A program made the position numbers and the translations under genes. Of a stretch of DNA of 36,232 bases, positions 1 through 9,012 are shown piece after piece; the stretch's first letter is position 1; each line of letters opens with the position of its first letter. The stretch lies in NCBI GenBank assembly GCA_041497895.1, contig JBGQHJ010000033.1, forward strand, positions 1 to 36,232, given 5' to 3'. This DNA is from Candidatus Methylomirabilia bacterium (lineage in GTDB: Bacteria > Methylomirabilota > Methylomirabilia > Rokubacteriales > CSP1-6). The notes under the pieces are model-generated. The model worked only from the letters and a program-made list of their open reading frames with translations, did no database searches and had not been told where the DNA came from.

Positions 1-101
1 CCCGGGGACCGTGGCTTCTGCGGGTCGTCGAAGCCACGACGTCCTGTCTCGTGGCCCCATCGAGACGGCGCAGCCCGCCCGCAACTCAGCGTGTCCCCGG
101 G
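1..101 (-). ncRNA. Candidate structured RNA element (unclassified, possibly truncated)
   Basis: Complementary pairs 1-9/93-101, 10-18/30-38, 46-51/61-66, plus a 6-nt complement 19-24/78-83. Confidence 0.3.
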
Positions 102-147
102 AGGCCCCCGCCGCGCCCCAGCCCCGCCCGCGTGCCGAAACGGCGCC

Positions 148-528
148 TTACGCGCGAGGCTTCGACAACACCTGCAGCACGACCTTCCGCATATCCGCCA
201 GATTGAACGGCTTCTCCAGCGCCGGCTCCCCGGTCTCGGCCAGGAAGCTCGCGTACTCGTCGATGCCGGTGTTGGCGCTCATGAAGATGACGCGCGGCGG
301 ATCGTCCGGATAGCGCCGGCGCAGGGCCCGGTAGAGCTCGGGGCCCTCGAGCCCGGGCATGCGGAGGTCGGTGACCACGAGGTCGTAGCGGCGCTCCTCG
401 GCCCGCCGCAGCCCCTCGGCGCCGTCGGCCGCGCTGTCCACCTCGTGCCCGTCGCGCTTCAGCACCTCCACCAGCACGTCGCGCAGGTTGTCCTCGTCAT
501 CGACGACGAGGATGAGGTGGCGGGCCAT
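148..528 (-). CDS. Single-domain response regulator (CheY-like receiver)
   Basis: ILVVDDE acidic pocket, DLVVTDLRMPG (phospho-Asp), FMSA, EKPF; no output domain. Confidence 0.92.
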   Translation of the reverse strand: MARHLILVVDDEDNLRDVLVEVLKRDGHEVDSAADGAEGLRRAEERRYDLVVTDLRMPGLEGPELYRALRRRYPDDPPRVIFMSANTGIDEYASFLAETGEPALEKPFNLADMRKVVLQVLSKPRA

Positions 529-534
529 CTCGGG

Positions 535-1740
535 CTAGGCGCGGGCGTCGACGATGGCCCGGGCGATCAGGCGCGCGCCTTCGTAGCAGCGCTCGGGGGA
601 CTCGAAGCTGAAGGCGAGGCGGATGAAGCGCTCGCCGCCCCCGTTGGGGAAGAACGACGGCCCCGCGGTGTACTGGACGCGGGCCTTCACCGCGCCGTCG
701 TAGAGCTTGCCGGTGTCGGTTCCGGTGGGCAGCTTGATCCAGATGAAGAAGCCGCCCTCCGGCTTGCTGATCAGGACGTCGGTGTCCTTCAGCACCTCCC
801 ACAGCCCGCGCAGCATCGCGTCCCGCTTGGCGCGGTAGACGTTGACCAGGAGGGCCACGTGGGGCGCGAGGTTGTCGCGCAGGAAGTAGGTGGCGACCCG
901 CGAGGCGAAGGGGTTGACGCCGCCGCCGAACAGGAAGCCCTGGAAGGCGGGGATCATCTCCCTGGGCGCGCACAGCCAGCCGAGGCGGAAGCCCGCCCCG
1001 AGGATCTTGGACACGGTGCCCGCGCGCATCACGCGGCCGCCGCCGTCGAGGGCGTAGAGCGAGGGCAGGTGCTCGCCCTCGAAGCGCAGCTCGCCGTAGG
1101 CGTCGTCCTCGAGGATCAGGGTGTCGTACTCGTGGGCGAGATCGATCAGCTCCCGCCGCCGCCGCAGGGTCAGGGAGGGCCCGGACGGGTTCTGGAAGTT
1201 CACGATCGTGTAGATGAGCTTGCAGCGCCGGCCCTGTTTCCGGAGGGCGGCGAGATGCTCCCGCGCGACCTCGACGACCAGCCCGTCCTTGTCCACCGGC
1301 ACGTCGAGCACCTGCGGGCCGTGGCGGCGGATGGTCTGGAGCGTGCCCGAGAAGGTGGGCGCCTCCGACAGGATCACGTCGCCCGGGTCCACGAAGGCGC
1401 TGAACGCGAGCGAGAGCGCGTGCCCGGAGCCGTTCGAGATGATGATGTTCTCGGGGCCCACCTTGAGGCCCTCGAAGAGCCCGTACTTGTGGCACACCAG
1501 CTCGCGCAGCCCGCGGTAGCCCTGGGGCTCGCCGTAGGTGAGGGCCTCCGCGCCCTCGGCCTTGATCATTCGCGCGGTGGCGTCGACGAGGCCGTCGTAG
1601 GGGAAGGACGCCGGGTCCGGGAAGCCGCCGCCGAACTCGTAGAGCGCGTTGGTGACCGGCCGCGCGGTGGGCGGGGCGCCCCAGCCGATGCGGGCGCGGG
1701 TGGACAGGAGCTCGACGAAGGAGTCGGGGGCGGTGGTCAT
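535..1740 (-). CDS. PLP-dependent aminotransferase class I/II (ARO8/LysN-like)
   Basis: GGGFPDP, YGEPQG, NFQNPSG, EDDAYGEL, GTVSKILGAGFRLGW (PLP Lys), IRLAFS. Confidence 0.92.
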   Translation of the reverse strand: MTTAPDSFVELLSTRARIGWGAPPTARPVTNALYEFGGGFPDPASFPYDGLVDATARMIKAEGAEALTYGEPQGYRGLRELVCHKYGLFEGLKVGPENIIISNGSGHALSLAFSAFVDPGDVILSEAPTFSGTLQTIRRHGPQVLDVPVDKDGLVVEVAREHLAALRKQGRRCKLIYTIVNFQNPSGPSLTLRRRRELIDLAHEYDTLILEDDAYGELRFEGEHLPSLYALDGGGRVMRAGTVSKILGAGFRLGWLCAPREMIPAFQGFLFGGGVNPFASRVATYFLRDNLAPHVALLVNVYRAKRDAMLRGLWEVLKDTDVLISKPEGGFFIWIKLPTGTDTGKLYDGAVKARVQYTAGPSFFPNGGGERFIRLAFSFESPERCYEGARLIARAIVDARA

Positions 1741-1750
1741 CGAATGGCTC

Positions 1751-2461
1751 TCAGCGCTTCTTGGGGGGTGGCGAGTAGGTCGTGAGCACGTTGACGAAGG
1801 GGCGGCCGCTGGCCGGCACCGCGTAGCGGCCGCCCAGCAGCACGTCGCGGGAGTCGGCCTTGGCGCCGTAGAGGGTGCGGATCGCGGAGCCGTCCGGCTG
1901 CATGGTGGCGCCCTCGAACGAGGCGCCCGCGAAGAAGCCGCTGGACCGGGCGTAGGAGAAGATCTCGGCCTTGAACGAGCCGTCGGTGTTGGCCGCGTCG
2001 TGCAGGCTCTTGGGGCCGGCGGTGAGCGAGACGTCGCCGCCCAGGGTGGTCTCGCTCTTGAGCAGGCTCTCGATGCCCTTCTCGGTCATGACGACCAGCA
2101 CCAGGTCGATCACCTGGCCGCCGAGCTGCAGGCCGAAGCTGCCGCCCCCGACGGTGAAGAAGGCGGGCGGGCTCCAGCGGCCGTCCCCGAGCCGCTTCAC
2201 GCTCATGACGCCCTGGCCGTGGCGGCCGCCCACGATGACCGCGCCCTTCTTGACCCCGGGGAACACCGCGATCGCGCGAGCCCGGGCGAGCATCTCGCGC
2301 GGGATGTCGGTGTCCTGCTTGCCACCGGCCATCTCGCTCAGCACCGCGGTCGCCTTACGCAGCCGCTCGGCGAGCTCGCCGGGGCTATCGGCCCGCGCCG
2401 GGGGCGCCGTCGGCAGCAGACCCAGCACGGCCAAGACGATACCCCGGCCGATCGTCGTCAT
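1751..2461 (-). CDS. Exported lipid-binding SYLF (Ysc84) domain protein
   Basis: Signal peptide; GGRHGQG, WSPP, GGSFGLQLGGQ, YARSSGFFAGASFEG motifs. Confidence 0.9.
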   Translation of the reverse strand: MTTIGRGIVLAVLGLLPTAPPARADSPGELAERLRKATAVLSEMAGGKQDTDIPREMLARARAIAVFPGVKKGAVIVGGRHGQGVMSVKRLGDGRWSPPAFFTVGGGSFGLQLGGQVIDLVLVVMTEKGIESLLKSETTLGGDVSLTAGPKSLHDAANTDGSFKAEIFSYARSSGFFAGASFEGATMQPDGSAIRTLYGAKADSRDVLLGGRYAVPASGRPFVNVLTTYSPPPKKR

Positions 2462-2490
2462 CAGGTGAGCATATTAGCCCGGGCGAGGGG

Positions 2491-3681
2491 TCAGGCGACG
2501 ATCTTCTTCTCGCGCAGGCTCCGGATCTCGGCCTCGGGGAGGCCGAGCTCGCCCAGGACCTGGTCGGTGTGCTCCCCGGTGTGGGGCGCGACGGTCCGCA
2601 TCGTCCCCGGGGTGGCGGAGAGCTTGATGGGCTGGCCGAACTGCTTGACGACCCCGTGCACCGGGTGCCGCATCTCCACGATCATGTCCCGGGCCTGGAT
2701 CTGCGGGTCGGTCACGACCTCATCCGGCTCGTAGACCTTGCCCACGCAGACGTCGGCCTTGACCAGGAAGTCGTACCACTCGTCGCGGGTGCGGGTCTTG
2801 ATGATGGCCTCGATCTGCTCCCGGCACTTCACCTCCTCCGCGTTGGCCGCGCGCACGAACTGATCCGACTTGCGCGCGAACTTCACGAAGTCGGGGCGGT
2901 CGATGGCCTTGCAGAAGTTCTCCCACAGCCACGGCTCGGTGCAGCCGATGGTGAGGTGCTTGCGGTCCTTGGTCTCGTACACCGCGTAGTACGGATAGGA
3001 GCCGCCCAGGAAGCCCTCGCCGCGCTTCGGGGCCATGCCGTCGCTCCAGAAGAAGCGCATGTTGGGCGTGGCCGCGAGCAGGGCCAGCGAGGTGTCGAGG
3101 TAGGAGACGTCGACGTGCTGGCCGCGACCGGTCCGCTCGCGCGCGAAGAGGGCCATCATGATGCCGAGCGCGCCGTGCATGCTGGCCCCGCCGTAGTCGG
3201 CCACCAGGTTGAGCGGGAAGATCGGCTTCCGGTCCGGCTCGCCGATCAGGTTCAGCACCCCGGCCAGCGAGAGATAGTTGCCGTCGTGGGCCGGGTAGTC
3301 CTTGTAGGGGCCGTTGTGGCCGAAGCCGGAGAGCGAGCAGTACACGAGCCGCGGGTTGGTGGCGGAGAGCGTCGCGTAGTCGGCCCCCAGCCGCTTCATG
3401 ACGCCGGGGCGGAAGCCCTCCACGATCACGTCGGCGGTGGCGGCCAGCTTCTTGAAGATCGCCTGGGCCTCGGGCGCCTTCATGTTGAGCGCGAGCGACC
3501 GCTTGTTGCGGTTCACGTAGGCGAAGGCGGCCCGCCGCTTGGTGGTGGCGTCCTCGGTCGTCTCGGGCGGCGTCTCGACCTTCAGCACGTCCGCGCCCAT
3601 GTCGGCCAGGAACATGCCGGGCAGCTCGGCGGGCGGCACGCGCGCCATCTCCAGCACCTTGATTCCGTCCAGCACGCCCAT
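2491..3681 (-). CDS. CaiB/BaiF family III CoA-transferase
   Basis: LADMGADVLKVE, NRNKRS, EGFRPGVMKRLG, SLSGFG, LVADYGG, GQHVDVS, GEHT. Confidence 0.93.
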   Translation of the reverse strand: MGVLDGIKVLEMARVPPAELPGMFLADMGADVLKVETPPETTEDATTKRRAAFAYVNRNKRSLALNMKAPEAQAIFKKLAATADVIVEGFRPGVMKRLGADYATLSATNPRLVYCSLSGFGHNGPYKDYPAHDGNYLSLAGVLNLIGEPDRKPIFPLNLVADYGGASMHGALGIMMALFARERTGRGQHVDVSYLDTSLALLAATPNMRFFWSDGMAPKRGEGFLGGSYPYYAVYETKDRKHLTIGCTEPWLWENFCKAIDRPDFVKFARKSDQFVRAANAEEVKCREQIEAIIKTRTRDEWYDFLVKADVCVGKVYEPDEVVTDPQIQARDMIVEMRHPVHGVVKQFGQPIKLSATPGTMRTVAPHTGEHTDQVLGELGLPEAEIRSLREKKIVA

Positions 3682-3696
3682 GGCGATCTCCGCTTT

Positions 3697-3731
3697 CCCT
3701 CTCCCCTCAGGGGAGAGGGCAGGGTGAGGGG
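3697..3731 (-). repeat. REP-like palindromic intergenic repeat, copy 1
   Basis: Minus strand reads CCCCTCACCCTGCCCTCTCCCC-TGA-GGGGAGAGGG (10-bp stem, 3-nt loop); 34/35 identical to 27627-27661. Confidence 0.85.
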
Positions 3732-3750
3732 TGGTGGTACCGAGGGGTGA

Positions 3751-4506
3751 CTACTTGTACGCCTCCGGCGACTTGATCGCCCGCTCCCAGAACACCGGAT
3801 CGTGGCTCGGGAAGATGTGTCCCCCGGTGAGCCGCGCGAGCGTCTTGAGGCGCTGGATCGAGTGCATCGCCCGGGTCGGATCCCACACCACGCCGGGCGG
3901 GATCTCCTCGTCGATCGAGCGCTGCCAGTAGCAGCAGTCGCCGGCCAGGATCACCGGGCCGGTGACCGGCAGCTGCACGAGCAGGGACTGGTGCCCGGGG
4001 GTGTGGCCGTCGCTGCGGAGCGCGGTCACGCCCGGCACCAGCTCCGCGTCGCCGTCGAGCAGGCGCCAGCGGTAGCCGGGCAGGTCGAAGTTCTTGCGGT
4101 AGTAGAACGACGCGAAGAACGCGGCCGGATACTGGGCGTAGGCGTACTCGTCCTTCTGCACCACCAGCTCGGAGGTGTCGAAGATCGCGGCGCCGCCCGC
4201 GTGGTCGAAGTGGAGGTGGCTGATCACCACCAGGTCGATGTCCTTGGGCTCGAGCCCGATCGAGTCGAGCCGGTGCACGAGCAGGTCCTCGTCGGTGAAG
4301 CGGCAGAGGGGATCCTGGCGGAGCAGGCCGGGCACCGCGCGCGGCGAGATGCCGGTGTCGAAGAGGATCACCGCGTCGCTCGTCACCGCCACGTAGCAGC
4401 TGACCGGGATCGCCACCCGCTCCGGCGAGCGCTCGCCGTAGAAGAGGCCGGTGCGCTCGAAGCCGAGGAAGCCGTTCTGGAGCGCGTAGAGGGCCTTGAC
4501 CGCCAT
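3751..4506 (-). CDS. N-acyl-homoserine-lactonase family metallo-beta-lactamase-fold hydrolase
   Basis: Start MAVKALY at 4506, 2 nt after the upstream stop; FDTG, SHLHFDHAGG (HxHxDH), GHTPGH, LAGD, SHD. Confidence 0.88.
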   Translation of the reverse strand: MAVKALYALQNGFLGFERTGLFYGERSPERVAIPVSCYVAVTSDAVILFDTGISPRAVPGLLRQDPLCRFTDEDLLVHRLDSIGLEPKDIDLVVISHLHFDHAGGAAIFDTSELVVQKDEYAYAQYPAAFFASFYYRKNFDLPGYRWRLLDGDAELVPGVTALRSDGHTPGHQSLLVQLPVTGPVILAGDCCYWQRSIDEEIPPGVVWDPTRAMHSIQRLKTLARLTGGHIFPSHDPVFWERAIKSPEAYK

Positions 4507-4508
4507 GG

Positions 4509-5234
4509 TCAGGCGCGGGACTTGGCGGGCCGGCGAGCGCGGGCCGGCTTCGGGCGGCCCGGGGGCTCCATCGGGTCGTACACCCAGATCTTGTTCGAGG
4601 CGGAGAGACCCATGGTCACGGTGCGCCCGTCGAGGTCGATCGACACGGTGCCCGCGTACGGGGCGATCTCGCTCACCACCACGCGGCTGCCGGGACGGAT
4701 CCCGGACTCCCACAGGAAGCGCAGGAGCTGACGGTCGGCCTCGGCCTCCTCGGTGATGCGCTCGACCACGAACGGGTGGCCCGCGGGCGCCTGGTTGAGA
4801 GGGATCGGCCGGTGCGCTTCCGGCGCGGGCATGCCCGGGATCGGGTTGCCGTGCGGGCACGTGCTCGGCATGCCGAGCTTCTCGGCGAGGCGCTCCTCGA
4901 CCACCGGGGAGAGCGCGTGCTCGAGCCGATGCGCCTCGTCGTGCGCGCGCGACCAGTCGAGCCCGAGCACGTCGGTGAGCCAGCGCTCGATCAGGCGATG
5001 CCGGCGCGCCATGGTCTCGGCGATGCCGAGCCCCTTGGTGGTGAGCCGGATCTCCTTGCGTCCGCCGACGCGGATGTAGCCGTCCTTCTGCATCCGGCGC
5101 AGGGCCTCGGTGATGGACGGCGCGGAGACGTGCATGTGACGCGCGAGCCGCGCGCCGATCACCGGCTTGTCGGTGCCGGCCAGGTCGTAGATCGCGCCAA
5201 GGTAATCCTGGATCGCGGGCGTGGTCTCGTCCAT
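4509..5234 (-). CDS. DtxR/IdeR/MntR-family metal-dependent repressor with C-terminal FeoA domain
   Basis: QDYLGAIY, wHTH VSAPSITEALRRM, RRHRLIE, AHDEAHRLEH, CPHGNPIPG, FeoA-like GIRPGSRV; start set at MDETT. Confidence 0.92.
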   Translation of the reverse strand: MDETTPAIQDYLGAIYDLAGTDKPVIGARLARHMHVSAPSITEALRRMQKDGYIRVGGRKEIRLTTKGLGIAETMARRHRLIERWLTDVLGLDWSRAHDEAHRLEHALSPVVEERLAEKLGMPSTCPHGNPIPGMPAPEAHRPIPLNQAPAGHPFVVERITEEAEADRQLLRFLWESGIRPGSRVVVSEIAPYAGTVSIDLDGRTVTMGLSASNKIWVYDPMEPPGRPKPARARRPAKSRA

Positions 5235-5241
5235 GGCCGCC

Positions 5242-5270
5242 AGCATACCGACCGGGGCCGCGGGGGGCAA
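5242..5270 (-). promoter_or_regulatory. Putative sigma70 promoter of the DtxR-family gene (leaderless)
   Basis: TTGCCC (5270-5265) - 17 nt - TATGCT (5247-5242) - 7 nt - ATG (5234). Confidence 0.6.
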
Positions 5271-5315
5271 GCCCCGGGGCGGCCGTGCTATTCTTGCCGG
5301 ACCAGGAGGCGACCC

Positions 5316-6479
5316 ATGGATTTCGCGCTCACCGAATCACAGGAGCTGATCAAGAAGGAGGTCGGGGCGCTGGCCCGTACCTTCTCGCTCGACTACTGGC
5401 TGGAGAAGGACGACCGAGCGGAGTATCCGAGCGATTTCGTCAAGGCGTTCGCCGACAACGGCTGGCTCGGCATCACGATCCCCGAGGAGTACGGCGGGGC
5501 CGGGCTCGGGGTCACCGAGGCCGCCCTGATGCTGCACGAGATCTGCGCCTCGGGGGCCGGCACCTCCGGATGCTCGCCGATCCACTTCTACGTGTTCCCG
5601 CCGACCCCGATCGTGAAGTACGGCACCGAGGCGATGAAGCGGAAGTACCTGCCCGGGATCGTGAGCGGCGAGACGGTCATGGCCTTCGGGGTCACCGAGC
5701 CGAACGCGGGTACCGACACCTCGCGCATCCAGACCCGCGCCGAGAGGAAGGGCGACCGCTGGGTCGTCAACGGCCGCAAGGTGTGGACCACCAACGCCCA
5801 GCACGCGAACCGGATCCTGCTGCTCGCGCGCACGTCGGACCGCGACCCGGCCAAGCCGCTCAGGGGCATGACCCTGTTCTTCGCGAACTTCGATCGCGGG
5901 GCGATCACGGTGCGCTTGATCCACAAGCTCGGCCGGGCCGCGGTCGACTCCAACGAGATCTTCATCGACAACCTGGAGATCCCGGACGAGGACGTGGTGG
6001 GGACGGTCGGGGAGGGCTTCTATCACCTGCTCGACTCCCTGAACCCCGAGCGCATCGTCATCGGCATCGAGGCGGTCGGGATCGGGCGCGCGGCCCTCGA
6101 CCGCGCGGTGCAGTACGCCAAGGAGCGGGTGGTGTTCGACCGGCCGATCGGCAAGAACCAGGCGATCGCGCACCCGCTCGCCCACGCGATGGCCGAGCTC
6201 GACGCGGCCGAGATGATGTGCCTCAAGGCCGCGTGGCTCTTCGATAGTGGTAAGCCCTGCGGGCGCGAGGCGAACGCGGCCAAGATGCTCGCCGCCGAGG
6301 CCGGCTTCAACGCCTGCGACGCGGCGCTCCAGACCTTCGGCGGCTTCGGCTACGCCAAGGAGTTCCACGTGGAGCGGCTGTGGCGCGAGATCCGCCTCTA
6401 CAAGATCGCGCCGGTCTCGCAGCAGATGGCGCTGAACTACCTGGCCGAGCACGTGCTCGGTCTGCCGCGCTCCTACTAG
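5316..6479 (+). CDS. Acyl-CoA dehydrogenase
   Basis: AGGAGG RBS before MDFALT; PEEYGGAG, FGVTEPNAGTD, NGRKVWTT, LNPERI, GGFGY, VERLWR. Confidence 0.95.
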   Translation: MDFALTESQELIKKEVGALARTFSLDYWLEKDDRAEYPSDFVKAFADNGWLGITIPEEYGGAGLGVTEAALMLHEICASGAGTSGCSPIHFYVFPPTPIVKYGTEAMKRKYLPGIVSGETVMAFGVTEPNAGTDTSRIQTRAERKGDRWVVNGRKVWTTNAQHANRILLLARTSDRDPAKPLRGMTLFFANFDRGAITVRLIHKLGRAAVDSNEIFIDNLEIPDEDVVGTVGEGFYHLLDSLNPERIVIGIEAVGIGRAALDRAVQYAKERVVFDRPIGKNQAIAHPLAHAMAELDAAEMMCLKAAWLFDSGKPCGREANAAKMLAAEAGFNACDAALQTFGGFGYAKEFHVERLWREIRLYKIAPVSQQMALNYLAEHVLGLPRSY

Positions 6480-6494
6480 CCCCCGGGCTTCCGC

Positions 6495-6917
6495 ATGGAC
6501 CTGATGCTCAGCACGCACGACACCGGCTACGAGCGGCCCGACGGCCCCACCATTTCCAAGGTGCTCGCCTCGCTCGACGGCGGGCGCAACGTGCTGGCCA
6601 CCCTCGGGGTCTCCGACTCGAGCTACCTCCAGGCCACCGGCAGCGTGCAGAGCGGCTTCGGTCTCGACCTGCAGGAGGGCTCGATCGAGCGTCGGTTCCG
6701 CACCCGCGACCGCGCCCTGCCGCTCGGCTGGGTGACCGAGGTCTTCCAGCGCTACGCCCAGGGCGACCTGGGCTGGCGGGACCAGGTGGAGTGGGAGCCG
6801 GAGCGCATCGTGCTCCCGCGCGAGTCGTGGACCAGCAGCTGGGCCGCCTACCTCGCGCTCATGATCGCGGTCGCCGGGGCCATCTGGCTCTGGCACTCCT
6901 GGCGCGCCGCGCCCTGA
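6495..6917 (+). CDS. Hypothetical protein with C-terminal transmembrane helix
   Basis: Directly follows the ACAD gene; GC3-biased codons; hydrophobic C-terminus WAAYLALMIAVAGAIWLW. Confidence 0.72.
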   Translation: MDLMLSTHDTGYERPDGPTISKVLASLDGGRNVLATLGVSDSSYLQATGSVQSGFGLDLQEGSIERRFRTRDRALPLGWVTEVFQRYAQGDLGWRDQVEWEPERIVLPRESWTSSWAAYLALMIAVAGAIWLWHSWRAAP

Positions 6918-6945
6918 TCGGGCCGCCGGCGCCCCGCGCGGGCGA

Positions 6946-7650
6946 TCAGCCGCGCGCGCCGGTGAGCAGCCGCTCGTGGAGCGCGCTCAGGATCTCCGCG
7001 ATCCCGGCCTGCGCCCACACGTCCGGGAACGGCGACTCCAGCAGCGCCGCGATCTCCTTGCCGCCGCGGCCCTTGGCCTCCTCTGGGCTCTCTCCCGGCC
7101 GCGCGGCCCGCAGGTGGCCGATCACCCGCTCCTTGCGGTAGATGGCCGGGTACTCGACGTAGCGGTAGAGCTCCTCCCAGTCGCGGGTGAAGAAGACGGC
7201 CACCGGGACCGACGCCCACTTCTGCCCGTTCTTGTCGTTGGCGTACTCGCACACCAGGTCGCCGTTGCCCACCGTCGCGTCGGGCAGGCCCTTCATCAGC
7301 ATGGTGTCGCCGTCGCGCGCGAAGATTCGGAGCTCGAGCCCGCCCGCCTCGACCAGCCGGGCCAGGTACGGCACGTCGCGGCGGCAGTCGGACGACCACT
7401 CCTCCGAGATCACCGCGACCTTCGCGGGCCCGCCCGGCTGTGCGGCGAGCCACCGGATGGCCGCGGTCTGGTCGGGGCTGAGCCGTGCCCGGGCGTGGCG
7501 CTCCTTCAGATAGCCGCTCCAGTCGACGCGTGGGCGCACCAGGCTGAAGCGCCGGATGTCGAAGCCCTCGCGGGCGAGGTTGCCGGGCGAGCCGGTGAAC
7601 GCCACGTAGTCGTCGAAGGTCATGCCCTTGGCGAAGCGCTCGGGGTTCAT
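6946..7650 (-). CDS. Thioredoxin-fold protein (Thioredoxin_9-like) with SxxC active site
   Basis: VAVISEEWSSDCRRDVP at the WCxDC position; cis-Pro motif SVPVAVFF. Confidence 0.78.
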   Translation of the reverse strand: MNPERFAKGMTFDDYVAFTGSPGNLAREGFDIRRFSLVRPRVDWSGYLKERHARARLSPDQTAAIRWLAAQPGGPAKVAVISEEWSSDCRRDVPYLARLVEAGGLELRIFARDGDTMLMKGLPDATVGNGDLVCEYANDKNGQKWASVPVAVFFTRDWEELYRYVEYPAIYRKERVIGHLRAARPGESPEEAKGRGGKEIAALLESPFPDVWAQAGIAEILSALHERLLTGARG

Positions 7651-7711
7651 GGCGCGGAGGATACCAGAGTCGGCCTTGTGGCGCCCGCCCCGCTGGGCTA
7701 CGCTGCCGCCG

Positions 7712-8983
7712 GTGACCGAGCGCCGCCTCCCGGCCGTCCTCCTGCTGCTCTACCTCGGGTGCCTGGTCTACGGTTCGTTCTTCCCGTTCGAGTTCGCCTA
7801 CGATCCGGAGCGGATCCGGCACGTGCTGGACCATCCGCTGCCGCGCCTGCACGACGTCGACGGTCGCCGCCTGGTCTCGCTCCCCGACGTGGTTTCCAAC
7901 GTCCTGCTGGGCTTGCCCTTCGGAGTCCTGATGACGTGGAGCGGGCTGGCCGGCGGCCCGCTCGCCACGCGCGTGCTGCGCGTGGTCCTGGCGGACGCGG
8001 TGCTCGCCGGGGCGGTCGAGGCGGGCCAGCTCTTCGCGCCGAGCCGCACCAGCTCGCTCGTCGACGTGATCGCCCAGGTGACCGGCGCCCTCGCCGGGCT
8101 GCTCCTCGCCCACGCCCTCTCGGGCGCCTCGCCCCGTCCGCCCGGGCCGCGACTCGCGCGCACGCTCGGTGAGCGCCCGGCGCTCGCCCTGCTGCTGGTG
8201 GTGGCGGCCGTCCTCGCCGCCGACGCGCTCTATCCCTACGCGGTGACGCTCGACGTGTCGACGGTCTGGCACAATCTCAAGAGCGCGCAGTGGCGGCCGC
8301 TCGACGCCGTGCGGCGCGCGTTCTGGCCGGACCTGCTCGTGGAGAAGCTGTTGCCCTGGGCGGCGCTGGGCGGACTGGCTCGCGTCGCGCTCGTCGGGGT
8401 GGTCCCCGCGCGCGGCGCGCTCGTCGCGTGGGGGGCGGCCACCGCGCTCGGCGTCGTGCTCGAGGGCGGCAAGCTCTTCATCGCGGGACGGGCCCCGAGC
8501 CTCGACGGCGCACTGCTGGCGGCGGGGGGCGCGCTCGTCGGCGTCGCGCTCGGGCCCGCGCTCGCCCGCGTGGCGGCCGGGTCGACGCGGGCCTCCGGGT
8601 GGCTCGTCGCGATCGCGGCCACGCTGCTGGCCTACGAGGAGCTGACGCCGTTCGGCGTGCTCCGGTCGGCCGCCGCGGTGCGGGCCCGGGTGGCGCGCGC
8701 CGAGTGGCTGCCCTTCGCCTCGTACTACTTCGCCGATCCGCAGTCCGCCCTCTTCGACGTGGGCAAGAAGCTGGTCCTGGGCGCGGCGCTCGGCGCCGCG
8801 ATGCGCCACGCCTCGCCGCGCCCCCGCCTGATCCTGGTGCTGATCCTGGCCGCGCTCCTCGAGGCCGCGCAGGTCTTCCAGCCCACCCACATCGCCTCGG
8901 TCGGCGACGCGCTCGTGATCTACGTGGGCGGGCTCGTCGGTGCGTACGTGGTCGGGCGCGCCTGGGCCGGGAATTGTCCTTGA
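7712..8983 (+). CDS. Multi-pass membrane protein with repeated VanZ-like modules
   Basis: GSFFPFEF..DVVSNVLLGLPFG..VEAGQLFAPSRTSSLVDV; further repeats LEGGKLFIAGRAPSLDG and LEAAQVFQPTHIASVGD; GTG start 7 nt after TACGCT (start inferred). Confidence 0.8.
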   Translation: MTERRLPAVLLLLYLGCLVYGSFFPFEFAYDPERIRHVLDHPLPRLHDVDGRRLVSLPDVVSNVLLGLPFGVLMTWSGLAGGPLATRVLRVVLADAVLAGAVEAGQLFAPSRTSSLVDVIAQVTGALAGLLLAHALSGASPRPPGPRLARTLGERPALALLLVVAAVLAADALYPYAVTLDVSTVWHNLKSAQWRPLDAVRRAFWPDLLVEKLLPWAALGGLARVALVGVVPARGALVAWGAATALGVVLEGGKLFIAGRAPSLDGALLAAGGALVGVALGPALARVAAGSTRASGWLVAIAATLLAYEELTPFGVLRSAAAVRARVARAEWLPFASYYFADPQSALFDVGKKLVLGAALGAAMRHASPRPRLILVLILAALLEAAQVFQPTHIASVGDALVIYVGGLVGAYVVGRAWAGNCP

Positions 8984-9012
8984 CAACCGGCCGGCCGGGG
9001 TATGTTCTTGGC

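Noticed and set aside
1..60. Possible minus-strand CDS start at ATG 60 (MGPRDRTSW...)
   Set aside because: Only 20 codons are visible, with no RBS and no recognisable motif, so it cannot be supported from this window.
3697..3731. Hairpins at 3697-3731 and 27627-27661 as intrinsic terminators or CRISPR repeats
   Set aside because: No poly-U tail, only two dispersed copies, no spacers and no cas genes. Classified as REP-like instead.
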